Below, piece after piece: positions 30,409-42,500 of a stretch of DNA of 64,000 bases. Both the position numbers and the translations under genes were made by a program. The stretch spans positions 3,720,001 through 3,784,000 of the forward strand of contig OZ218953.1 of NCBI GenBank assembly GCA_965112735.1. The letters run 5' to 3'. The notes below the pieces were generated by a model. The model was given only the letters and a program-made list of their open reading frames with translations. It made no database searches and had not been told where the DNA came from. Origin of the DNA: Phaeosaccion multiseriatum. Taxonomy: Eukaryota > Protista > Ochrophyta, other classes. Numbering within the stretch: the stretch's first letter is position 1; each line of letters begins with the position of its first letter.

Positions 30409-33400
30409 CGTGCTCAGGGCCTGATGCAAATCGTGACGGAGTTCACTCGGCTGCTGCGCTCCTCCATCCAGGGGGAGTACAAGGACGCGGTGCTCAACTC
30501 CTCCCCCGACCTGCGCATCAGGTGAGTCAGTACTCAAGGGCGTCAGCTTTTGTCAGGGATGCGATGGGATGTCAGGAGTCAGTCAGGGCGGGTCAGTCAG
30601 GGAGTCTTAAGATGCCAGCAAGGGGGGCAATAGACGGGTAGGTAAGGGGACCTTCCTTGCTTGCCTTTCTCTCCAAGGGCTCACCCCCCCCCCCTCCTAC
30701 TGTGCAGATCGATGGTGGACCGCTCGTTCCGCGAGCTTCAGCACCAACTGTCCTCCCTCAACCCCGGCTTCGAGCATCCTGACTTCCCGAAGGTGGGCAC
30801 TTAGCATCATTACGTACCTACACTATGTACATACAATACCGCGTCTTTCGTTGGACTGCGCATACGCCTATGCTTTTTGTCTTGGCCTTTCACTTTCCAT
30901 ACGCCTCTACTTTGTCTTATCTTTGACTGCCCATACACCTTACCACCGTGTCGGGCGGAGACAGGTCCTACAGGACGAGCTGCGCGCCCACCGGGGAAGA
31001 GAGGTACGTTACTATACGTACGAGTCAGAGAGAGAGGAAGGCAGGACCAGGGGGGGGTGGAGTAGAGTTGGGTGGGGTGGTGTTCATTTCTCTCCTCCGT
31101 GGGAGGATATACTAGCCTAGTCTAGCTCGCTCTCTACTTCTTTTAGTCTAGCTCTCTCTCACACGCCTAGTCTAGCTCTCTCTCTATCTCGCTCTCTCTC
31201 TCTCGCTCTCTACTTATACTCGCCTAGTCTAGCTCTCTCTCTCTCTCGCTCTCTACTTCTGTCTTTTTTCTCTCTCACTCTCTCTCGCTCTCTACTTCTC
31301 TTTGTTTTCTCTCTCAATTTCTCTCCCTCTCTTCCCCCCCCCCCCCCCTTCCTCTCGCTTACGCTCTCCAGCTGTGCGGTATCGTCAACAGTCAGTTCTT
31401 TTACGTATTCATGCTGCAACAGGCAAGTGTGTGTGCGGCACTCCAGCCAATGGTCACATACCAATGGTCACAATAGGTCAATGGTCACATGTCTTGCGTG
31501 ACCTCACGTGCCCTTACGTGGCTTTACGTGGCTTTACGTGCCCTCGCTCCTTCCCCCCCCTGGGCAGGTGGAGATGTTCCGTCCGCAGGTGGAGAAGTGC
31601 CGCAACGACTGCTGCAACTTCGTGCTCAACGTGGGGAACAGGCTCATTTCTCAGGTCAGAAACCTAGAGCCTTGAGGGCACGTGAGAGTGGCGGATGGTC
31701 CTCAGAGCCTGGCCATCAAAGTTTGGACCTCAGAGCCTGTGTGTCCCTCACAGCCTGGCCCTTCGGGGGGGGGGGGGAGGGCTCCTCGAGGCTACGCTGG
31801 CCTGTCCTGACCCCGCTGTGCTGTACCGCCTCAAGACAGGACCGGGTGGGCACCGCTGCAGTACTGTCACCCGCCCTCCATCTGGCCGCTTCCTTCCCTC
31901 CCTGCCTCACTCCCTCCCTCCCTCCCTCCCTCCCACCCACCTTCTCTCCCTTCCCTCCCTCCCACGCGCCAGGTGAGCCCTCAGTACCCGGGCCTGGTGG
32001 AGCGGTTTCAGGTGAGATGGCGGCAGATGGCAATAGAAGGCAGCAGCAGATGGCACTAGAGGACTGCAATGCTCGCGGTCTTAACGGATTGGCGATTGAA
32101 GAGTGAAGATCGCCACAGTGCTTTCCTCCAAATCTATTGCTGCTTTACTACTTGCCACAGTGCTTTACTACTAGCCACAGTGCCTTTACTGCAAGTCCAT
32201 TGCTGCTTCACCTTTACAAGTGCTTTTTTGTGTGTCTTTTTTTGTCTCACAACTAGCGCTCACTCACTACCCCACATGCGTTTGCCCAATGCCCGCAGGA
32301 GGTGGTGTCTGAGATGGTGGACGAGACAGCGGAGAAGCTTCAGCCAGAGCTGGACCAGCTCTTCGACAAGGAGAGGAATCCCTTCACGGAGAACCAGGTA
32401 AGTGCGTTGATGGTACACACGGGGATGGGGGATTCTGTGACTTCTGATCAGTGAGGGGCTTGAGTGGAGGGAAGGGGTTGTGGGACGAATTGGCTGCTCG
32501 CTCGATCGACAGATTGATTGATTGATTGGTTGGTTGGTTGGTTGGTGGATGGAATGATTGTTTGACGGATTGGTTGACTGACTGATTGATTGGTTGACTG
32601 ATTGATTGGTCCCATCGATAGGTTCGAACGAGTGACTGATGGCGCTCCATTGCGACCCCCATGCATGCTTTGGGCCTCTTTCTCTGCTCTGCTCTGCTCT
32701 GCCTTGCTCTGTGCCCCATGTGCATGTAACTGGCGCCTCCCTGCCCCATCCGCCGCCTTCACCTGAGGGCAGGACCTGGTGGAGGCAATGAACCGCGTGA
32801 GGTTTGAGAGGTTCGACAGAGTGCTGCATCAGGTGCGTGGGGGGCAGGGGGCGGAGAGGAAAAGAACCCGGTCCTGCTTGACAACTGACGTGTGTACTTG
32901 ACACACTCACCTGCTCCATGATGCTCCCATCCCGTGGGCCGTGGCCTCAACTCTGCTGATCTCTCTCCTCGCTTCCTTCTCTCTTCGAAGGTGATGATCG
33001 AGGCGGGGGACGAGCCCGAGGGGGGCGGAGACGCGAGCGACACCTCTGAGCTGAAGGAGTGGGTGCTCGACAACTTGGGCACATGGTACAGGTACAGCCA
33101 CGGAGCCAACGCCACCAGCAAGGTGAGGAGGAGGAGCCGCAACTAACGCAACTAGTCTGGCTTGCATCCTCTCGGCCTTGTCGACCCTCTGTATCGATCA
33201 CTGTGTCGACCATGTCGACATGGGCGCGGTAATCGCGATTTATGACAGCAAAATCTCGATATTTCCTCTCAAGTCGCTCGCCTCCTCCATCTCTCTCTCT
33301 CTCTCTCTCTGGCCCGCTCCATCTTTCCCTCTCCATCGCTCTCTATACATGTGTGTGTCTGATGTGGTGCCCTCTGGTGGCCTATCCCCCCCTCCCTCCC

Positions 33401-36400
33401 CCCCTTAGGTGGAGGACATGAGCACGATACTGCAGGCGTACTGGCGGGTGTCGAGCAAGCGCGTGTGCTCCAACGCCTGCATGCTGTTGGAAACCAACCT
33501 CTTGGCGGAGGTCACCAACCAACTTGAGACTCACCTCCTCACCCTCACGCAGGTGAGGAAGAGAGATGGAGTGTGACGATGAGTGTTGCAAGGTGCTGAG
33601 CCGGGCTGGGCTCCGGTGTCTGTTGCTCGCCTTGATGGGTGGGTGGGTGCCCCCTGTGTGAGTCGTTTCAGAGTCAATCAAGTAAGCCGACTCAGCCCCC
33701 CCGCCGTCGAAGGACAAGCAGTCTCTTTTTTGCCACGCTCGCTCGTGGTCGATGTGAAGTGTTATCAAACAACCGCTGACCTTGCCCTGCCTTGCCTTGT
33801 CCTGTCCGACCCGATGTCCGATATACACAAAACGATTCGGGCCTCCTGTCTGACCCAACAACCCCACTCCCTTTGATCCAACGCGATGGGATAAATCGTT
33901 CGACGGACTGACCGACTGACTGACCGATGGATGGACATCATATGGGCACAGACCATGAGTGAAGAGGCCGTCATGGCGCTGTTCCAGGAGGACGCCGCCC
34001 TCGCCTCTCGTAGGGAGAAGCTGTCGGGCAGGAGGAGCCGCCTCAGGGCAGCGCTCAAAGAGGTGGACACGATTGCGCCGGAGGTGGTGGCCATGAGCAA
34101 GAGACAAGCCAAGCGAAGTGGTCAGTAAGGCGGGGGTACTGGGTGTGTGGTTGGGGGTGGGTGGGTGCGTGCGTGCGTGCGTGTGTGTGTGTGTGTGAGA
34201 GGGATGTGGTGTAAGGAGAATGGGAGGGAGGAGGGAGAGAGGGAAACTAGCTGTGGAATCCGCCTCTCCTCCTCCTCCTCCTCCTCCTCATTCCTCATCC
34301 CCACCTCCCCTTCTTCTCAGACTTGGAAACCCTCCTCCTCCTCTCCCTCCTCCTCAGGATCGGGTAGCGCCTCTGACAGCACGCCCACATCGGAATTTTC
34401 GTCGCCGGACAACGTGCTTCGCAAGCCCAAGCCCGCCTGGATCACAAGCTCGGAGTCGGCGCCAATAGGTTGGGAAGGGAGAGAGGGGGCACCTTGAACC
34501 GTCCACTGCCTTCTCACGCTCTGTCCCCTTGGTCTTTATTGGCATCGGCCCCTCCTTTCCTCTCTCAGGAGGGACGGTTCGTAGCGCAGCGACCATGGGA
34601 GGAAGCGCTGGCCTCAGCGCCAGTCCCAGCCCTAGCCCCAGCTCCAAGCCCCTCCGGAAGAGGTTCGGTGGCAGGGGTTCGGCGCTCTCCAGCGGCTCTG
34701 CTGACTCGTTGGTAAGGAGAGAGGGAGGAGCTTCATAGAGGCCTAGGCAGGCCTAGGCAGGCAGGCGGGGAGAGAGGGGGAGCAGGGGGAGGGAGGTAGG
34801 GAGGTGGGGAGGGAGATAAGAGCTGCATGGGGAGAGACAGAAGAAGCGAGGAGTATGCACTCTAAAGGCTTTAGTACCTGCGTCTCGGCCTATCCAACAC
34901 GTTAATGGCCCTCCTCAATCTGCCCTGCGCTGCCCCTTCCTGCCCTGCCCTGCCTCCCACCTCTCATCCTGGCAGGTGTTCAAGTCACAGCCCGAGAAGG
35001 CATCAGAGGCGGCGCAGGATGGAAGCTTTGCCACTTTTGTCTACACTCGTGATGGAGACAACGGCGGCCTCATCTACTGGCTGGGCACCCGCAGTGAGTG
35101 TAATGTCTTGCCCCCCTTACACCCCCGCTCTCCCACTTTCTTCCTACATGCACGTTACTTGCACACGCACGCACGCACGCACGCACATGAAATGAAATGC
35201 ATCGCCAAAGAGTATCTCCTCTCTTCAGCCCAGACCTCACCTCCTCCGCTCGAGTGTGTGCCCTCTCTCCCCCTCAGCACCTCAACGAAGCCCCCCCACC
35301 CCTCTCCCCCGCCGTCCACTGCCATCCTCAGAGCACTCTCGCAAGTTCGACAACCCTGCCCTATCCGGCCTCGTTGCCGTGACTTCGAGCGGCATGCAGC
35401 AAGGCTCGGAGGCCTCCCTCGTATCCCGGAAGCGGAGACCCACGTGTACCACCGACAAGCCCGACGCCTGGCTCTGCATCGACGTGGGTAACAAGCAGAG
35501 GTGGGTGCGTGCGTGCGTGCGTGCGTTCGTTCGTCTCGATGTCGCTTTGAAAGGAAAGCGGCGCTGGGGCTGGGTAGGAAGAAGAAGTGGGGTGTCCCTC
35601 GTACCTCTCCGCCCCATCGTTTGTCGAAGTGCATCCCCTTTTCTTCTCACTCGTGCCGTGCCTTTTCTTTTCAACTCTCTTCTCTCCTCCCTGCTCCCCC
35701 CTCTCTCTGTCCTCCCACCCACCTCTTCTCCCCTCCTCTCCCCTCCCTCCTCTCTCTCTCGCTCCCCTCCCTCTCTCTCTCTGCCCCCCGTTCTCTCCTC
35801 CACAGCTTGTGCGTCACCAATTACTCCCTCTGTAACGGCAGCGATAGGGAGGGCTCAGACCTCGTCAATTGGGTTCTGGAAGGGTGCGTTTCGTATGTCT
35901 CTTCTCCGAGTCAGTCGTCCATGCCCTATTTGGCCCACCCCACCCCCGGCCTTTGAGAGAGAGAGAGGGGCTCACTGAGCCCGCTATGCGTCGTTCCAGC
36001 TCCAGAGCCCGCTTGACGCCTCCTCCTGACACCTCACGCCCGCCACGACTTACTTTTTATACCCTTACGTATGTACCTACTCTGCGGCCCTCCCCTGCCC
36101 TGTCCTGCTCTGCCCTGTATCACCAACTGCCCTGCCCTGCACAGCTACGACGACTCCATCCGCATGTGGATAATCCTCACACACACGCGGGCCGCGGGGC
36201 CTTCCCCCGTGCTGCCCTCCCCCTACGGAGTGGGTTCGTGGCCAGTGGACAGCATGGGGAAGGTGCGAGCGTCTGTCCGCCCCGTGGACACAGAAATAGC
36301 GTGCCTTCTGTTTCCCCCCCCCTCTATAGTCTGCGTTCCTCCTGCTCCCTTCAACAAGTCAACGATGCGCCCTTCCCTCCCTCCCCCGCCCCTTACTGGT

Positions 36401-36589
36401 GGTGGTGGTGCTGCTGCTGCTGTTGCTGCTGCTGCTGTCCCCCCCCCCCCCCTCTCCTCCTGTACTCCTACCACAGAGCTTCCGCTTCATCCGAGTCCGC
36501 TCCACCGGCCCCAACGGCTCCGCCGGTCACGCCCTCCCCATCTGCGCGATTGAGCTCTACGGCAAGCTGTGGTGCGAGCCCGAGCTATA
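25330..36589 (+). CDS. Mx/DRP4-like dynamin-family GTPase with putative C-terminal HECTD1-type SUN/discoidin-like domain (about 31 exons)
   Basis: VRPFLDLIDSLREFG (Mx-type BSE helix); G1 LPQIAVMGDQSCGKSSVLEALSG; G2 FPRGSGLVTRCP; G3 DLTLIDLPGI; G4 TIGVLTKPDL; LGYVMVKNRNQ; stalk HRGRELCGIVN; GED ILQAYWRVSSKRV...FQEDAALASRREKL. In-phase exons 34358-36589 then encode GDNGGLIYWLGT..FDNPALSGLVAVTSS..AWLCIDVG..LVNWVLEG..FRFIRVRSTGPNG..AIELYG. The dynamin part (25330-34128) is near certain; the fusion is less so. Confidence 0.85.
28500..28965 (+). repeat. Homogeneous 14-bp minisatellite (CACTCAGTACCTCA) x about 33 in a dynamin intron
   Basis: Identical head-to-tail units with no spacers, starting about 20 bp after the donor of the TKPD exon. 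Confidence 0.97.
30220..30281 (+). repeat. 11-bp tandem repeat (CCCGACTGTGC) x about 5.5, intronic
   Basis: cccgactgtgc cccgactgtgc repeated. Confidence 0.9.
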
Positions 36590-36799
36590 GCAGTGGTGGG
36601 CATGAGCAGTCAATAAGCTTAACACATGCATTATATTGCGTCTATGATCGACCTACGCCTTTTTGACTTGCTGATTGATAAGCAAAGCCGCGGCGTGTCT
36701 ATTCTCAGTGGCCAGTTTCAGTTTCAGCGCCAAGGCGTCTTACACTATTTACATGCACCCTCGCTTGTCTGAGTGGCGCACTCAGAGATCGCACACACG

Positions 36800-36831
<32 letters not shown>

Positions 36832-36973
36832 ATATATATATTATATGTATATATTGTGAGAGAGATGGAGGCCTGCTGCAGAGTGGGAGCTCCGATTCAT
36901 TCAAACTTTTGAAAAATGAGCCACAGCAGCGCCAGCACTAGGAGAGCCGACCAACGCTCAGGAGCCACTCCCA

Positions 36974-38383
36974 CTACGCCCCTACTGCTGAGGCATCGTC
37001 GTCGCTAAGAATGTAAAGATCATCATCATCATCATCATCGTCGTCGTCATCGTCAGTGTCACTTCCTCCGTCAGGTTGGGCTTCCCTCTTCATCTCTCTC
37101 ATCGCTCTGTTTGCCAGTGCTCCTCCTTGTCTTTGTTCTTCTCTTTGTCGATCCTCAGCAGCCATGGGAGGGCAAAGCGGCCTCAAGCCATCCCCACCTC
37201 CGTCTTTATCACCACCACCACCACTACCACCACCACCACCACCACCACCACCACCACTACCACAAAGGGGTGCCTCTGGAACTGCGGAGACAGCCTCCTG
37301 GGCAGCAAACACGATGTCTGCCATGTCATCCAAGGGCCGCCCACTGACCTCTCCACCTTCCTTCCCCACCCGCCCTCCGTGCTGGTCGTCCCCCTCTTCT
37401 TCCCCTCCGTCATCACAGAGGAGGGCGGCGGAGGCCCGTCGCTCCGTCTTCCACCGCCAAAAAGAGGCGATTTTCGAGGCGGAGAGGCGTCTCTTGTGGC
37501 GCAGGGCCTCGTGGAGCAGCCTGCTCACCATACACATTGCACATTGCATGCGTGGGGTGGGCAGCAGCAGCAGTAGTGGCCGTGGCCGTTGCAGGGGAGC
37601 AAGCGAGAGATGAGGTGGTTGAGTGAGGTTGGGAGGCACGAGGGCAAAGAGAGAAACGGAGGCCCAACAACTCCAAGAAGAAAAGAGTCCCCTCGCTTCC
37701 TTGACAAGAGCTGCGACGACGCACCGCTTGTCGAAGAGCCTCTTTTCTGCCTCCCTCGTCTCGAGGAGGTCCAGGGTGTCCCGCCTGAACAATCGCATCT
37801 TCGCGTCCCTCTCCGCCTCCTCTGCCTCAATCTGAGCCCGTAATGCGTTGCAGTAGCGCTTGCGGCCGATTCTTCCTCGCAGCAGAGACTGAATTACGAC
37901 CACGGCAGCAGCGGTCGTGGACAAAGTCTCATCTTGATGAATCGAATTGGCTGAAGCGAGATCAAAAGAGAGCAGAGAGACGTGAGGCTTCAGAAGCGGA
38001 CGAATAGAGACAAAAGGGAGAGACAGACAGAGAGAGAGGAAGAGACGGGGATAGAGAGGAGACAGAGAGAGGAAGAGACAGAGAGAGAGAGAGGAAGAGA
38101 CAGAGAGAGATCGAACGAGAGAGAGAGAGGGGGAGAGGGAGAGAGGGAGGGAGAGAGAGAAAGAAACTGCGTAGGACACTTCAGTGGAAGAAGTGGGGGT
38201 GCACACTCCGCACTCTGACTCACCAATTCCGCTGTCGAGTCTCGAGAGTTTCCCGATCACCTCTGCCTTCCTCTCTCTCTCCCGCGCTGCTATGGCGGCA
38301 TTGATTCCCGCGTCTCCAGCACTATCGTCTTCCTCCACTTCGTTGGGCACAGCGTACTTGTGCCTTGCGGCTGCTCTGACCAT
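36974..38383 (-). CDS. IQ-motif (calmodulin-binding) coiled-coil protein with acidic tail
   Basis: VVIQSLLRGRIGRKRY fits IQxxxRGxxxR; a second degenerate motif ASKIASFWRWKTERR; introns with (CT)n tracts; ends in poly-D. Confidence 0.65.
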   Translation of the reverse strand: MVRAAARHKYAVPNEVEEDDSAGDAGINAAIAARERERKAEVIGKLSRLDSGIGESECGVCTPTSSTEVSYAVSFSLSLPLSLSPSLSLVRSLSVSSSLSLCLFLSLSPLYPRLFLSLCLSLPFVSIRPLLKPHVSLLSFDLASANSIHQDETLSTTAAAVVVIQSLLRGRIGRKRYCNALRAQIEAEEAERDAKMRLFRRDTLDLLETREAEKRLFDKRCVVAALVKEARGLFSSWSCWASVSLFALVPPNLTQPPHLSLAPLQRPRPLLLLLPTPRMQCAMCMVSRLLHEALRHKRRLSASKIASFWRWKTERRASAALLCDDGGEEEGDDQHGGRVGKEGGEVSGRPLDDMADIVFAAQEAVSAVPEAPLCGSGGGGGGGGGGSGGGGDKDGGGDGLRPLCPPMAAEDRQREEQRQGGALANRAMREMKREAQPDGGSDTDDDDDDDDDDDDLYILSDDDASAVGA

Positions 38384-38537
38384 CTTCAACGGCCTTCAAG
38401 AACGAAAGAGGAGACAACCGTCCTGATAGGGGAGTTGGTGCTCCACTACATTCACAGTTGGCTATTCCCTTCAAGTCTCCCTCTCTTTCTTCTCTTCTTC
38501 CTTCCTGAGGGAGAAGCGATCTCCCGTAGAAGCAGAG

Positions 38538-39514
38538 ATGTCCATGTCCGTCATAAGTAAGAAGATCGCCGCATTCACACAGGGAGGCAAGAAGGCGTTC
38601 TGGGACATGAGGGACCTTCGTGCCCTGCGCAAGCGACTGTGTAGGGAGGGCGACCCCCTGTCTCGCCTAGAGTACAGGCGCTCGAGAGAGGTGAGCAGAG
38701 GGAGGCTTTGCCAGATGGTCCTCTCGTTGTTTTGCGATGGAGTTCCCGTCTCCAGAGAATCAATGGGGGCACTCCCCCTCATTTTCTACAGGCCTTTAAT
38801 ACATTTAATACCTCTTTAATGCCACTCTCTGCTCATGACCCGCGCGCAGCTTGGGCGCTCCCTGACCCAGGCGGCTCCCCTGGTGACTATTTTGGCACTA
38901 CCCCTTGTGGGCTACCTTGCTCCCGTGCTGGGCACGCTCTTCCCACGGCTCCTCCTCTCGCCTCACTTCTATAGCGCCGCGGTGCAGAGGAAGTACATGC
39001 TGCAGGACATGCAGGAGCTCACCGCAGAGCAGGTGCGTATGTGCGTGTGCCACGGAGCACCGGTAGTGGGGCGCACACAGAGGCCAGCTGCCTCCAAAAG
39101 TGTTTACCTACCTGTCGGCTCCGAAAGTGATGTGTATCTAGGTGCCTCCCACGGAGCGGCTTACCACGCTGCCCCCCCCCCCCCCCCCTCTCTCTCTCTC
39201 AGAAGGGCCGCTTTGACGAGCTACTCACCTCCCTGCTGCGCTTGGAGGGCGGGGAGGCCCTAGTAGAGCGAGTCCTGGCGGCGCAGAGGGAAGCGCAGAG
39301 GGCAGCAGCTGGGGGCAATGGCACAAGAACTGGACTCAGCCTCGCTGGCTTTTCGGCGGACTTTGGGGGAGGCAGTAGCAACAGTAGGGGTATTAGTGGT
39401 GGTAGTAGTAACACTTGTTGCAGCAGCAGTAACAATAGTAGTAGCAATGGTAGCAGTAGTAATTGTAGCAGCAGCAGTAATAGTAATTGTAGCAGCAGCA
39501 GTAGTAGTAGTAGC

Positions 39515-39561
<47 letters not shown>

Positions 39562-39633
39562 CAGTAGCAGTGGCAGTAGTAGGGGAGGTGCGAAGGAAGT
39601 TCCGATATTAGCGGGGGCAGCACCTGGTCACAT

Positions 39634-39674
<41 letters not shown>

Positions 39675-40727
39675 AGCCGATACAGCGGCCGCCCTGGAAG
39701 GCTCCCTTCGCTTTGGCCAATCTCCCGCACAGCCACCTCGTGCGTCTGGCAGCGGCCACCAACCTCATCGGGCCCTGGCAGAAGTGGTTACTGCCGATCA
39801 TGCCGCGCACTCTGCTGTGCGGGCTGTGCCACTCGGCCTCCAAAGACATCATCACTGACGACATGCTGCTCCTGTCGGACATGGTGCAGCGGCGAGGCAG
39901 TAAGGACGAGAAGAAGAAGGAGACCATCGGCATAGGGGATGAGAGGAGGGGAAGGAGGAGTGGCAAGGCGGAGGCGGAGCAGGGGCGGGGGAGGAGGGGG
40001 GCAGGAACAGGGCCAGAGACAGCAACGGCGTCGTCTTCGGGTGGCTCGGACGGCCCTCACGGCTCGGATGGCTCCTCGGATGAGGCTGTGGGATTGTCGA
40101 CTCTGGCGGACTGGGAGGTGCGGACAGAGTGTTGGAAAAGGGGGCTGCTGGGGAGGGACCCGCCGGGGTGGGAGAACGTGGGCAGCTGCAGGGCCGCGCT
40201 GGGAGCGTGGCGGGATAGCTTGTACGTGAGACCCAAGGGGACTGCGAGCTGCGAGGGAGACCCGGTGGCGCTGGCGGCAAGAAGCGCCATGGACGGGAGG
40301 GCGACTGTGGCTTCGGTGGATTCAATGTATGTGTGTGTATGTGTGTAGGTGTGCGTGCTTTGTTCTCCTCGTCCGCGGGGTACAGCCTCTGTTTCTTCCC
40401 TCCTTCTTTCCTTTTCGCTCCGTTCTCAGTCTCGCCCTCCCTGCCCTTCATTCCAGATTGTTCACGCCCCTCCCCACCACCTCCACGCCCCCCCCCCACT
40501 GGTCCGGCCCGGCCCGGGCTGCCTCCACTCCTCCCCGCCTCACTTGCTTCGTCCATTCCTGTCTTCCTCACTCGCCTCTCTTGCCCAGGCCCCTGCCCCA
40601 AGCCTCGCTGCTGCTGCACGCGCCCGTCCTGCTGTGGCTCGCACAGGGCAAATCTCGGCCCTCATGGCTCGAGATGATAGAGGAGGAGGACAAGGAAGAG
40701 GACCCAAAGGATGTGCCTGCGAAATAG
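38538..40727 (+). CDS. LETM1-domain protein, LETMD1-like (mitochondrial membrane)
   Basis: LSRLEYRRSRE-LGRSLTQAAPLVTILALPLVGYLAPVLGTLFPRLLLSPHF (LETM1 Pro-rich TM region); IITDDMLL...LSTLADWEVRTECWKRGL (matches the DD..L..EL..AC..RG pattern); C-terminal SLLLHAPVLL resembles the LETMD1 end. Confidence 0.75.
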
Positions 40728-41662
40728 CGAGCATTGACTTGCGAGGAGTAGGAAGATAAGAGATGGAACAAGAGGATTAAGGAAGAGGGGCGGTGAGACG
40801 GGCCAAGGGGGGCTTTCGTCCACAGCCCTTCTCTCTTCATTTGCACAGCGGCACAGGCGGCTCTTCCAATCATCCTTCGTACTGTGTTCCTAAGTACATT
40901 TTATCTCGCGGAGTGCCCATTTTGTCCTTTCTTTGTTGGCTACCTCGTCCCTGCCTCGTGCAGGCAAGTGAGGACGGCACTTGCACTACCTCGCGGCTGT
41001 ATAGTCCGTGTTGTATCTGATAACTTCTCTGTAATGCAAGCGCCTTCCTCCGACTGTTGCTTCCTTCACATTCCATACCCCCTCTTCCTTCGCGCCCACC
41101 TTCCTACGCCAAGAAGCTCACCGGCGTCGAGCGTGCGGTGGTGCGGTGCTCCCGCCATCGCTTGCTTGCCCCTCCCTCACGAGCCACAACAGGACAACAG
41201 ACCTGGCAACTCAAAGAGCGCAGTGTCTTCCTGTGAGGCGGTGCTACACTAAGCCTGACTGTTCTCCTGATGCTGTTCGACCCCCCTTCTGGACAGGGCC
41301 TGTTGTGAGTGTGTGCGGGCTATGCAATCGTCGTCGCCAGGCGTCTCACCACTGGTCACCTCCTGCCATGTGAGCGGCGCTGGTGCTGGCGCGGGAAAGC
41401 GACACTCACAAGAGCCGACCGACCACGTTTTCCTCCTCATTCTCGGCGCCCCTCCTCCGCGTATAGACCAGCGCGTTGCCCAACTCATGTTTTACTCTAC
41501 ATCTCCGGCCCCGTGGGGGCCAGCCAAGTCATCGGCAGTTACCTCTCCTCCCTTCTCTCGTTGGCCCCGATGCAGGGGCCCCATGTTCATCATATCTCAT
41601 GGAATGAGTGGAGTGCATGTGTATGTGCGCATGCGTGTGTGCGTGGGCGTACACTTTCTTCG

Positions 41663-42365
41663 TTAGTGCTTTCGCAACACGGCCTGCAGGTCCCGCTCGA
41701 GGCGCTCGATGGCAATGTCCGCCAGGCGCTGCTCAGGAGTCACGGGGGGCAGCACGAAGCGGTTCGCGCAGTGCGGGCACACGCCATCGTTTTCGTCGAA
41801 GATGCTGGGAGTAGGAAGGGAGAGGAAGACGCCGGGCGGGGAGGGGGGTGCGCTTTCAGATGCTGGAGACCAACGCAATTTGGCGTTACTCCGATCCCTC
41901 TCGATGCTCTGCCTACCCGCCCTGCCGCCCCGAGGCCTCCCTACCCACACACGAAGCACGCACCTGAGGTCCTTGGTGAAGATTCCTTTGCACTGAATGC
42001 AGCTGAAGGCCACCATATTGGTGTGCTTCTGCTCGTGCGTCTCACACTCGTCATGGCACTCCGGGCACTCGTACCACTTGCCGCAGCACGGTGACTGGAT
42101 GCTCACCTGCACAGGCACACAGCAGCAGCAGCAGCAGTAGCAACGGGCCAGCAGAGTGTCAGCAATGATTCATGCGCCAGACACGGGGCCGCAGGAGCTA
42201 CACGAGCACTCGACGAAGGAATTGCAAAGCCGTTGAGGGAAGGGGGTAAAGCAGGGCTGGAGAGAGACAACCCCAGAGCAGAAAGGCCCTTGGTAATAGG
42301 TCCTGTGGAAATGCAAAGGGGTAGGCGACTCGGAATACCTGGACATTGAGTATATGCTTGCACAT
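41663..42365 (-). CDS. Small CHY-type zinc-finger protein (3 exons)
   Basis: MCKHILNVQ|VSIQSPCCGKWYECPECHDECETH...FSCIQCKGIFTKDL|IFDENDGVCPHCANRF. Confidence 0.88.
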
Positions 42366-42500
42366 CGTTTCCTCGTCTCTTTATTCCCACATCGGAATCG
42401 TGCGATGAGAAACCCGTTTTTACTTTTAGACTTTTTTGCTTTTTTGGCCTCGGCTGTAAACTCCACTGAACTCCGAACTCCACCCAGAGAGTAAAGGAAG

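Noticed and set aside
40730-41660. Extra gene between LETMD1-like and CHY
   Set aside because: Short ORFs with no recognisable motifs; consistent with convergent 3' UTRs.
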